Positions 56,114 to 64,000 of a stretch of DNA of 64,000 bases are shown here, in pieces; position 1 is the first letter of the stretch, and each line of letters starts with the position of its first letter. The notes beneath the pieces were generated by a model. That model did no database searches and was not told where the DNA came from. It saw nothing but the letters and a program-made list of their open reading frames with translations. A program made the position numbers and the translations under genes. This DNA is from Rhodospirillaceae bacterium. Its GTDB lineage: Bacteria; Pseudomonadota; Alphaproteobacteria; Rhodospirillales; Rhodospirillaceae. The stretch is from positions 65,107-129,106 of the forward strand of contig JBMYTN010000006.1 of the NCBI GenBank assembly GCA_049604415.1, written 5' to 3'.

Positions 56114-58714
56114 ATGAAAGACTTCCCGCAGAAATACAAAGCCAGCGCCGTCGAGGACGAGGTCAAAGCCTTCTGGGGAAGCAGCGATGTGTATACCTGG
56201 GATCCGGAGCTGCCGTCCGAGACCAATTACGTCATTGATACCCCGCCGCCGACCGTGTCGGGCACCTTGCATGTGGGTCATGTCTACTCCTACACCCAGG
56301 CCGACATCGTGGCGCGCTATTTCCGGATGCGCGGGCGCAATGTGCTCTATCCCATCGGCTGGGACGACAATGGCCTGCCCACCGAACGGCTGGTGGAAAA
56401 GGTCCGCAAGGTCCGGGGTGGGGCCATGGGCCGGGAAGAGTTCATTGCCATCTGCAATGATGTGATCCCGAAATATGAGGAACAGTTCCGCGATCTGTTT
56501 TCGACCCTGGCGCTCAGCGTTGATTGGAGCCGGGAATACCAGACCATCAGCCCGGAAAGCCGGGCGATCTCGCAATTGTCCTTCATCGATCTCTATGAAA
56601 AAGGCCTGATCGAACAGCGCCTGGAGCCGTCCCTGTGGGATCCGGCGGACCGCACCGCCATCGCCCAGGCCGAGATGGAAGAAATGGAGCGCGACAGCTT
56701 CATGAACACCATCACCTTTGCCATTGAGGGCGAGGGGGAGGGCGGAGCCGGGATCCAGATTGCCACCACCCGGCCCGAGCTGATCGCTGGCTGCGGCGCG
56801 GTGATGATCCACCCGGAACATCCCCGGGCGGCTGAGCTGTTGGGCCGCAATGCGGTGACCCCGCTTTATGGGGTGCCCGTGCCCTTCATCGCCGATGAGC
56901 ATGTGGACCCGGAAAAGGGCACCGGCATGGTGATGTGCTGTACCTTCGGGGATGTCACCGACATCCAATGGTACAAGACCCATGGATTGCCGCTGCGCGT
57001 CGTGATCGACAATGCGGGCAAGATGAAATCCGATCTTCCCATTGGCAGCGATCCGGCTTGGCCGTCCGTGGATGCGGCCCAGGCCCAAGCCACCGTAGAG
57101 GCCCTGCAGGGCAAGAAGGTCAATGAAGCCCGCAAGCTGATCCTAGAGCAACTCCAGGAGGCCGGGGTGCTCAACGGTCAGGAAAAGATCCGCCAGGTGG
57201 TGCCGGTGGCCGAACGCTCCGGCGCGCCGCTGGAGATCATCGTCACCCCGCAATGGTTCATCCGCACCCTGGAATACCGCGACCAGATCCTGGCCAAGGG
57301 TCAGGAGATCACCTGGCATCCCGAATACATGTTCAACCGCTTTGAAACTTGGGTCCAAGGCCTGAAATGGGATTGGTGCATTTCCCGCCAACGCCATTTC
57401 GGCGTGCCGATCCCGGTGTGGATTTCCCAGCGCGCGGGCGAGGAAGGCAAGGTGCTGCTGCCCGCCGCCGATGCTCTGCCGGTTGATCCGCTGGTGGATC
57501 TGCCCGAGGGCTATAGCCGCGATGAAGTTGAGCCGGTCAAGGATGTGATGGACACTTGGGCGACCTCGTCCCTGACGCCCCAGCTGACCACCCGCTCCAT
57601 CACCCCGGAGCGCGGCTATGACCTTGCCGCCCATGAGCGGCTGTTCCCGTCCTCCATGCGGCCCCAGGCCCATGAAATCATCCGGACTTGGGCCTTCTAC
57701 ACCATCGTCAAAGCACTCCATCACCAGAATGATGTGCCCTGGCGGGACATCTGTATCTCCGGCTGGTGCTTGGCCTCCGATGGCTCGAAAATGTCCAAAT
57801 CCAAGGGCAACATCATCGATCCGCTGCGGCTGATTGCCGATAATGGGGTTGATCCGGTGCGCTATTGGACCGGCACTTCGCGTTTGGGCAATGACACTGC
57901 CCTGTCGCCCAACACTCTGAAGCAGGGGCGACGTCTGGTGACCAAGCTGTGGAATGCCGCCCGGCTGGCCCATATGTCCTTGGGCGGCAGCGCGCCGCAA
58001 GGAACCTTGGAAGAAGCCCTGCAGAGCAAAGACATCAGCCATCCGATTGATCTCTGGCTGATTGGCGAGCTGGCCCGCACCGCTTCCGAAGCCACCGAGG
58101 CCTTTGATCGCTATGAATATGCCCAGGCCCTGAAGGGCATCGAAACCTTCTTCTGGAGCGTGTTCTGCGACAATTATCTGGAGCTGGTGAAATGGCGCAC
58201 CGGGCCGGAGAGTGCGGCTTCAGAAGCCGATCAGGCCTCCGCCCGCACCACCTTGTATTTCGCCACCACCGCCGTGTTGCGGCTGTTTGCGCCCTTCGTG
58301 CCCTATGTCACCGAGAAGGTCTATGACCTGTTCGTCAATGAAGAGGGCGGGGAGCGGGCTTCTGTTCATGCCCGGGGTGCCTGGCCGGAATTTGACGCCG
58401 CAGCCCTGCCGCCAGCCTGTCCGTTCGCCGACGCTTTGCTGGACGTGATGACCGCCGTGCGCAAGATCAAATCGGATCTGGGTGTTTCGATCAAAACCCC
58501 GCTGGGCGCGGTGCATGTCACCCCGGATCCGGAGGCCGGATCGCCGGTGGATTTGGCAGCCCTAGAGCCGGTGCTGGAAGATCTGCGTCGGGTGTTGAAT
58601 GTGGAAGCGATTGTGTTCACCGCCGCCCAGGGCAATGCCGATGATCTTGTCGCCGCCTCGTCCGGTGGGTTGACCGCTACGGCGCAAAAGCCCGCCGAAG
58701 CTCCGGCGGACTGA
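56114..58714 (+). CDS. valS: class I aminoacyl-tRNA ligase of the Val/Ile/Leu subgroup, most consistent with valine--tRNA ligase
   Basis: PPPTVSGTLHVGH (HIGH region, ValRS-like PPP), KMSKSKGN. About 866 aa. GWDDNGLPTE after HIGH is somewhat IleRS-like, so specificity is not fully certain. Confidence 0.55.
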   Translation: MKDFPQKYKASAVEDEVKAFWGSSDVYTWDPELPSETNYVIDTPPPTVSGTLHVGHVYSYTQADIVARYFRMRGRNVLYPIGWDDNGLPTERLVEKVRKVRGGAMGREEFIAICNDVIPKYEEQFRDLFSTLALSVDWSREYQTISPESRAISQLSFIDLYEKGLIEQRLEPSLWDPADRTAIAQAEMEEMERDSFMNTITFAIEGEGEGGAGIQIATTRPELIAGCGAVMIHPEHPRAAELLGRNAVTPLYGVPVPFIADEHVDPEKGTGMVMCCTFGDVTDIQWYKTHGLPLRVVIDNAGKMKSDLPIGSDPAWPSVDAAQAQATVEALQGKKVNEARKLILEQLQEAGVLNGQEKIRQVVPVAERSGAPLEIIVTPQWFIRTLEYRDQILAKGQEITWHPEYMFNRFETWVQGLKWDWCISRQRHFGVPIPVWISQRAGEEGKVLLPAADALPVDPLVDLPEGYSRDEVEPVKDVMDTWATSSLTPQLTTRSITPERGYDLAAHERLFPSSMRPQAHEIIRTWAFYTIVKALHHQNDVPWRDICISGWCLASDGSKMSKSKGNIIDPLRLIADNGVDPVRYWTGTSRLGNDTALSPNTLKQGRRLVTKLWNAARLAHMSLGGSAPQGTLEEALQSKDISHPIDLWLIGELARTASEATEAFDRYEYAQALKGIETFFWSVFCDNYLELVKWRTGPESAASEADQASARTTLYFATTAVLRLFAPFVPYVTEKVYDLFVNEEGGERASVHARGAWPEFDAAALPPACPFADALLDVMTAVRKIKSDLGVSIKTPLGAVHVTPDPEAGSPVDLAALEPVLEDLRRVLNVEAIVFTAAQGNADDLVAASSGGLTATAQKPAEAPAD

Positions 58715-58750
58715 TTGGATATCTCGGAGGGGTTAGGGCGAGTTTCTCTT

Positions 58751-58793
58751 AGGCCGTAAACTCAAAAACGTCCCGTTTATGAGTTTACGGCCT
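58751..58793. repeat. 43-bp palindromic intergenic element, copy 3 (near-perfect palindrome); overlaps the stop codon of the convergent ABC ATPase gene
   Basis: AGGCCGTAAACTCAAAAACGTCCCGTTTATGAGTTTACGGCCT. Confidence 0.65.
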
Positions 58794-59580
58794 ACGCCTC
58801 TCCATGGAGCAGGGCGTGGTAATGGTTGAACGCCCCTTCCACATCGCCGAAATGCACCATTCTGCCTTTGTGCAGCAGCATGGCTTTGTTGCACCAGCGA
58901 CGGATGATGTTGTCATCATGGCTGGCAACAACGACGATCCCGGCGCTGGTCATGAAGCTTTCAAAGCGCTCTGAGGCCTTTTCCATAAAGGCCGCATCTC
59001 CGGCCCCAATGGCCTCATCCATGATCAGGATGTCCGGGCGCACGGAGGTCGCCATGCCGAAGGCCAGGCGCACCAGCATGCCTTGGGAATAGGTCCGGAT
59101 CGGCATTTCCAGATATTCGCCCAGCTCGGTGAACTCGGCCATTTCCCGGATCAGGGAATCTGCTTCCTGCTCACGCAACCCCATCAGCAGGGCGCGGGTT
59201 TTCACCGCCGCCAGCCCGCTTGCATTGGGGTCATAGCCTTCCATCAGGTCGAACACCGGGGTCAAAGAGCCTTCGACGGTCAGATGGCCTCCGGTGGGTT
59301 CATAGATCCCGGCGAGCATTTTCAGCATGGTGCTTTTGCCCGCCCCATTATGGCCGATAATGCCCAGGCGGTCGCCATTGACCAGCTCGAAATTGATGTC
59401 ATCCAGCGCCTTAATGACCACCCGGTTGCCGCCTTGCTTGGTGATGGTGCCACCAACCATTTTGGCTTGGCCGGAAAACACCGACTTCATCGGATTGATC
59501 AGAACCGCATGCCGCAGGGAGCGGTTTTGGTCATAAATCGGGAAGTCGACGACGATGTCTTCAGCTTTGATATACGCCAT
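58792..59580 (-). CDS. ABC transporter ATP-binding protein, KpsT/Wzt/TagH-like (polysaccharide-type exporter)
   Basis: Walker A GIIGHNGAGKSTMLKMLAG, signature YSQGMLVRLAFG, Walker B ILIMDEAIGAGD. Start at MAYIKAEDI; the ORF is open to 59601. Confidence 0.75.
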   Translation of the reverse strand: MAYIKAEDIVVDFPIYDQNRSLRHAVLINPMKSVFSGQAKMVGGTITKQGGNRVVIKALDDINFELVNGDRLGIIGHNGAGKSTMLKMLAGIYEPTGGHLTVEGSLTPVFDLMEGYDPNASGLAAVKTRALLMGLREQEADSLIREMAEFTELGEYLEMPIRTYSQGMLVRLAFGMATSVRPDILIMDEAIGAGDAAFMEKASERFESFMTSAGIVVVASHDDNIIRRWCNKAMLLHKGRMVHFGDVEGAFNHYHALLHGEA

Positions 59581-59591
59581 GGGGGCGGCCT

Positions 59592-60431
59592 TCAGATCCA
59601 ATAGGTGATGCGGGCGCGGAACTTGGAAAAGAACACCAAGGCCGCAAGCGAGCCGACCACCGCAGCAATGGTGCAGACCAGGTAGTTCAGCATGGAGGCC
59701 GGTTCACCCATCAAAGGCGAGCGCACGACTTCCATCAAATGGGTCAGCGGATTGAAGTTCAGGAAATAGGCATGCTCGCCCAACTGCTCCGGATAATAAA
59801 TCACCGGGGTCAGCCAGAAGGCGGCGTTGATCAGATTGGTCACAATCATCGGCACATCCCGGAAGCGGACCGCCAGGATCGCCAGGATGGTCAACAGCCA
59901 AGTGCAATTGATCACCAGCAAGAAGATCCCAACCAGCAGCAGGGCCAAGCCGCTGAAAATATCCAGGGTGCCGCCAATGCCGGGCAAGGTGCCGTAAATC
60001 ATCCCGATGACAATGTAGATCGGCGACACATGCAGCCAGATCACGATGGTTCGCCACATCGCCAGCAGCACATAGAGGAACCGGGGTCGGTTATGCGAGG
60101 TCAGATGGCTGTGAGAACTGATAAAGATCATCACCGCTTCGGTGGCGACCGTGGTGATCAGGTTCCAAACCAGCAGGGAGGCGCTGAGATAGGGCAAATA
60201 GCGCGGCAGGGGCAGGTTGAACATGATCCCAACCAAGACCCCCATGGTCAGGATGGTCACCAGCATGCTGGCGGTGAGCCAGAACGGACCCAGGGTCGAG
60301 CGGCTGTAGCGTTGCTTCAGCTCCAGCATGGTCAGATGATGCCAGACGAACCATTGCTGAAAGGCGGCCTGGATGTCGCGCACCGCAAGGGTGAGGGATG
60401 ACGGAGGCTGGGACATGAGAAACACGCTCAC
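59592..60431 (-). CDS. ABC-2 type transporter permease (KpsM/Wzm-like)
   Basis: 279 aa, 6 TM, ABC-2 family pattern, immediately upstream of the ATPase. Confidence 0.7.
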   Translation of the reverse strand: MSVFLMSQPPSSLTLAVRDIQAAFQQWFVWHHLTMLELKQRYSRSTLGPFWLTASMLVTILTMGVLVGIMFNLPLPRYLPYLSASLLVWNLITTVATEAVMIFISSHSHLTSHNRPRFLYVLLAMWRTIVIWLHVSPIYIVIGMIYGTLPGIGGTLDIFSGLALLLVGIFLLVINCTWLLTILAILAVRFRDVPMIVTNLINAAFWLTPVIYYPEQLGEHAYFLNFNPLTHLMEVVRSPLMGEPASMLNYLVCTIAAVVGSLAALVFFSKFRARITYWI

Positions 60432-60767
60432 GCAGAAGAGACAGGAAAGTTCAGTTCTGTCCTCCTCGGACCATCCCGCAACGCTGTGCCAAGCGGTCCA
60501 TTTTCGTTTTTATTTTGACAGCCAGGAGGGCGGGGGCTGTTGCCAAGGCTTCTGATCCTTCGGCTGGCGTGGAATAGCGCTCCGGCTGGGTGCGGTCAAG
60601 AGGCGCGGCAAAAACACGCCGCTTTGTTGTAATGCGGTGACCTTATTTGCGTTTGCTAATCAACCTTAGCTTCCCCAAGGCTCCAGTTTCGGAGTACCCT
60701 CTTTCGTCGATGGGTGTTTGAGGCGCACGGAGCCAAAATTAGAAGTGCGGGGAGTATCGTCGTTACA

Positions 60768-62276
60768 ATGAAGCGCATGATCGCAAACCATTTGGGCCAG
60801 CAGCGCTTTGTCCTGATCACGGCCGCCCTGTTGGTGGTCGGCTTCCTGGCCACCAGTCTGGCCAGTTATTTTGTCTCCGTGACCAAAGTGCGTGGCTTGA
60901 TCATGACCGACGAGCTGCCGCTGACCTCGGACAATATTTACACGGAAATTCAGAAGGACCTCGTCCGCCCGGTCTTGGTCTCCGCCATGATGGCGTCGGA
61001 CACCTTTTTGCGCGATTGGGTCATTGACGGTGAGCAAGACACCGATCCGATCGTCAAATATCTGACCGACGTCATGGCCCGCAATGATGCCATCTCGGCC
61101 TTTTTCATCTCCGAGCAGACCAAAAACTATTACCATCCCAAGGGCATTGTGCAGCAGGTCTCGGAGGATGATCCGGACGACATCTGGTATTTCCGCGCCC
61201 GGGACATGTCGCTGCCCTATGAAATCAATGTCGATACCGACCAGGCCAATGCACGCCAACTGACGATCTTCATCAATTACCGGGTGTTGGACTATGAGGG
61301 CGACTTCCTCGGCATTGCCGGGGTTGGCCTGCAGGTCGATACGGTCCAACAGGAGATCCAGGGCTATCAGGACCGCTTCGACCGCAATGTCTATTTCCTG
61401 GATATTGGCGGCAATCCGGTGCTGACCGGGGATAAGGGCATTGGCAGCCAAGAGGGTCTGGACACGGTCCGCGATCAGATCATCGTCAATGATGCGGGGT
61501 CGTTTGAATATCAGGCCAATGGCGAGACCTATTTGCTCAGCACCCGCTTTGTCCAGGAATTGAGCTGGTTTCTGGTGGTGGAACAGGCCGAAGGAGCCAC
61601 CCTGACCGGCTTGAGGCAGACGCTCTATCTGAACATTGGGATCTGCATCCTGATCAGCGTGGCGATCCTGTTGATATTCACCAGGGTGCTGCGCAATCAC
61701 CAATCCAAATTGCTGACCATGGCGACCACGGACAAGCTGACCGGCTTGCTGAACCGCCAAGCCTTTGAAGCGATCTTTGAAACCGAGATCGCCAATGTCC
61801 GGCGTAGCGGCGAGCCACTCTCGATCCTGCTGTTCGATGTCGACGACTTCAAGCGGGTCAATGACCATTTCGGCCATTTGGGCGGCGATGAGGTGATCCG
61901 AAGGGTCGCCGATCAGACCGCCACTGCGGTGCGCGAGGCCGACAATGTCTGCCGCTGGGGTGGCGAGGAATATATCGTCCTGTTGCGCCGTTGCGGCCTG
62001 GAAGACGCTGGCGAGATTGCCGAGAAGATCCGGCTTCGGATTGCCGAAGGGGCTGGCGAGAAGTCGTCTTCTGTGGCGGGCGACACACCGGAGTCCGTAA
62101 CCGTTACAGTCAGCTTAGGCGGCGCCCAATTCCAAGACGGCGATACCCGGGAATCCCTGGTCTCTCGGGCCGATGAAGCGCTTTATCGCGCTAAACGCTC
62201 TGGCAAAAACCGGGCGGTGATGGCGGAGGGCACAATTCTGCCCATGGATCCCACCGCCGCCAGCCGCCGGGCTTAA
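60768..62276 (+). CDS. membrane diguanylate-cyclase-family protein: periplasmic Cache-like sensor + TM + GGDEF domain with variant GGEEY motif
   Basis: N-terminal TM, about 270-aa periplasmic region, second TM (LNIGICILISVAILLIF). GGDEF domain LTGLLNRQAFE...FDVDDFKRVNDHFGH...RWGGEEYIV. I-site-like RxxD is present (RVAD). Confidence 0.8.
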   Translation: MKRMIANHLGQQRFVLITAALLVVGFLATSLASYFVSVTKVRGLIMTDELPLTSDNIYTEIQKDLVRPVLVSAMMASDTFLRDWVIDGEQDTDPIVKYLTDVMARNDAISAFFISEQTKNYYHPKGIVQQVSEDDPDDIWYFRARDMSLPYEINVDTDQANARQLTIFINYRVLDYEGDFLGIAGVGLQVDTVQQEIQGYQDRFDRNVYFLDIGGNPVLTGDKGIGSQEGLDTVRDQIIVNDAGSFEYQANGETYLLSTRFVQELSWFLVVEQAEGATLTGLRQTLYLNIGICILISVAILLIFTRVLRNHQSKLLTMATTDKLTGLLNRQAFEAIFETEIANVRRSGEPLSILLFDVDDFKRVNDHFGHLGGDEVIRRVADQTATAVREADNVCRWGGEEYIVLLRRCGLEDAGEIAEKIRLRIAEGAGEKSSSVAGDTPESVTVTVSLGGAQFQDGDTRESLVSRADEALYRAKRSGKNRAVMAEGTILPMDPTAASRRA

Positions 62277-62290
62277 ACGGACCCGGATGC

Positions 62291-64000
62291 TTATCCCATG
62301 GAGAGCAACGCCGTGTTGCCCCCTGCGGCGGTGACATCGACGCAGAGATGACGTTCCAGCAGGCAATAATGTTCCGGATCGCCTTCGGTGACCAAGGGCA
62401 AGATGGGGCCGGAGCGGGCGGCCAAAGCTTGGCGTAGGCTTTGCGCCTCCGCAGAATTGCCCCACCAGACCACACCGCCAAACCCGTTCAGCCTGTCCAG
62501 CGCCTCGGCCGGTAGACCCTCCGGCAGCGCGATGGCGCGACCACCGGCGGCGATAATCTTTTGCCGTTGGGACTCGGCGGCCTCGGCCCCGGGACCTAAG
62601 CATAAGAAGGGATCGCGGGCATAGGTCGACAGGCGGTTGGACTCCCCGGTCGGACCGGGCATGTCCTGGGTCGACAGGGCGGTGGTGGCTTGATGGCCCA
62701 AATAGGTTAAGGCGTTTTGCAGCTGGTCCAGATCTGGGCTTGGCGTCGGAGTCACCGCGCTTGGCGCCTTGGCGGGGCCTTGCCCCTCTGCCGGGCTGGG
62801 GCCTTGGGTGAAGCGCAGCAAATATTGCGGACCTCCGGCTTTGGGGCCGGTGCCGGACAGGCCTTCGCCGCCAAAGGGCTGGGAGCCGACAATGGCTCCG
62901 ATCTGATTGCGGTTCACATAGAGATTGCCGACCTTAAGGCTGGCACTGACCTGCTCGACCCGCTGATCGATCCGGCTGTGCAACCCAAAGGTCAGGCCAA
63001 AGCCGCTGGCATTGATGTCCTGGAGGATCTTTGGCAGATCCTGGGCCGCATAGGGCACCAAATGCAGAACCGGGCCAAACACCTCCCGCTCCAATGCACC
63101 GATGCCGCTGGTTTTCAGGACGGTCGGGCCAACAAAGCAGCCGCGTTGCGGGGCTGCGATCTGATGCAACACCGCGCCTTGGGCTTTGAAGGTTTTGATA
63201 TGGGCTTCGATGCCTGCTCGGGCCTCGGCATCGATCACCGGTCCGATGTCAGTGTGCAGATCCCAGGGATCGCCGAGGACCAACCGGTCCATGGCCCCGC
63301 GCAGCATGTCCAGGAAGGGCTCGGCAATGTCCTCCTGGACATAGAGCACCCGCAAGGCCGAACAGCGCTGACCAGCCGATTGGAAGGCTGAGGCGATGAC
63401 ATCTTTGATCGCCTGCTCCGGCAGCGCGGTGGAATCCACGACCATGGCATTCAGGCCGCCGGTTTCGGCGATCAGCGGCGCGGCGGCGTTGCCAGTTGCC
63501 GCCATGGCCCGGTGAATGGCCTGGGCCGTGTCGGTGGAGCCGGTGAAGCACACCCCGGCCAGGCGCGGATCACCCACCAGGGCCGCGCCAAGGGTCGCGC
63601 CATCGCCGGGCAGCAGTTGCAGCACCGCACGCGGGACCCCGGCTTGGTGCAACAATTGGGTGGCCAGGAAGGCCGTGGCTGGGGTCTGCTCTGCCGGTTT
63701 GGCGATCACCCCATTCCCGCTGGCCAGGGCTGCCGCGATCTGGCCGGTGAAGATCGCCAGCGGAAAGTTCCAAGGCGAGATACAGGCAAACAGACCCCGG
63801 GCCGGACGCTGCGCCAAGGCCGGAGCGCCCTGGGCATAATAGCGCAGGAAATCTACCGCTTCGCGTAGCTCGGCATTGGCATCAGCTTGGGTTTTGCCGG
63901 CCTCCCGGGCGAGGAGGGCAAAGAAGGCTCCGAAATTTTGCTCATAAAGATCTGCCGCATTGCGCAGGATCGCTGACCGTGTCTCGGTGGGACAGTCCTG
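62291..64000 (-). CDS. putA: bifunctional proline dehydrogenase / L-glutamate gamma-semialdehyde dehydrogenase PutA, C-terminal part (5' end beyond the window)
   Basis: ALDH-domain blocks EAVDFLRYYA, ISPWNFPLAIF, IAETGGLNA (catalytic Cys region) and the PutA C-terminal domain. The reading frame is open upstream of the listed TTG to the window end. Confidence 0.8.
   Translation of the reverse strand, partial: QDCPTETRSAILRNAADLYEQNFGAFFALLAREAGKTQADANAELREAVDFLRYYAQGAPALAQRPARGLFACISPWNFPLAIFTGQIAAALASGNGVIAKPAEQTPATAFLATQLLHQAGVPRAVLQLLPGDGATLGAALVGDPRLAGVCFTGSTDTAQAIHRAMAATGNAAAPLIAETGGLNAMVVDSTALPEQAIKDVIASAFQSAGQRCSALRVLYVQEDIAEPFLDMLRGAMDRLVLGDPWDLHTDIGPVIDAEARAGIEAHIKTFKAQGAVLHQIAAPQRGCFVGPTVLKTSGIGALEREVFGPVLHLVPYAAQDLPKILQDINASGFGLTFGLHSRIDQRVEQVSASLKVGNLYVNRNQIGAIVGSQPFGGEGLSGTGPKAGGPQYLLRFTQGPSPAEGQGPAKAPSAVTPTPSPDLDQLQNALTYLGHQATTALSTQDMPGPTGESNRLSTYARDPFLCLGPGAEAAESQRQKIIAAGGRAIALPEGLPAEALDRLNGFGGVVWWGNSAEAQSLRQALAARSGPILPLVTEGDPEHYCLLERHLCVDVTAAGGNTALLSMG

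Overview
High-GC alphaproteobacterial-type chromosomal window, about 45 supported protein genes, no rRNA, tRNA or CRISPR. Housekeeping genes are interspersed with accessory modules.

Contents in order:
- 1-2.3 kb: the 3' end of a cyclic-peptide-type ABC exporter plus a type II thioesterase, probably the edge of an NRPS locus.
- 2.4-9.7 kb: an operon encoding a solute-binding protein, a 1504-aa membrane sensor PP2C phosphatase, a small GHKL kinase, a DUF1987/SiaC-like protein and a class III adenylyl cyclase. This is a SiaABC-like partner-switch module whose output appears to be an adenylyl/guanylyl cyclase instead of the usual GGDEF enzyme.
- 9.8-20.1 kb: a UvrD-like helicase with a toxin-like N-domain, next to a lower-GC mosaic island carrying a Type III-like restriction-modification (R-M) operon in the unusual order Res - unknown 395-aa gene - 990-aa Mod - small ORF.
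- 20-30 kb: a PLP enzyme, a TAXI binding protein, a ParA-like ATPase paired with a DUF697-like protein bearing a histone-H1-like tail (a paralog lies 6 kb away), and a membrane-sensor/MFS/SBP operon.
- 30-38 kb: an SPFH protein, two large polytopic membrane proteins and a B12-binding radical SAM enzyme.
- 38-50 kb: trpS, uvrB, an aminotransferase, upp, a PotABCD-like ABC importer, a racemase, folD and an fchA-like gene.
- 51-56 kb: a lasso-peptide biosynthetic cluster made of an HprK-like kinase, a sulfotransferase, a 53-aa precursor, an Asn-synthetase-like cyclase, a PqqD RRE and a HAD hydrolase. No B2 protease or exporter is visible.
- 56-64 kb: a class I aminoacyl-tRNA synthetase (valS-like), a KpsMT-like ABC exporter, a Cache-GGDEF protein and partial putA.

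Two repeat families were found: a 43-bp palindromic element at three convergent gene junctions, and a tandem hairpin array after the SPFH gene. Many ORFs in the six-frame track are antisense high-GC artefacts and were not annotated.
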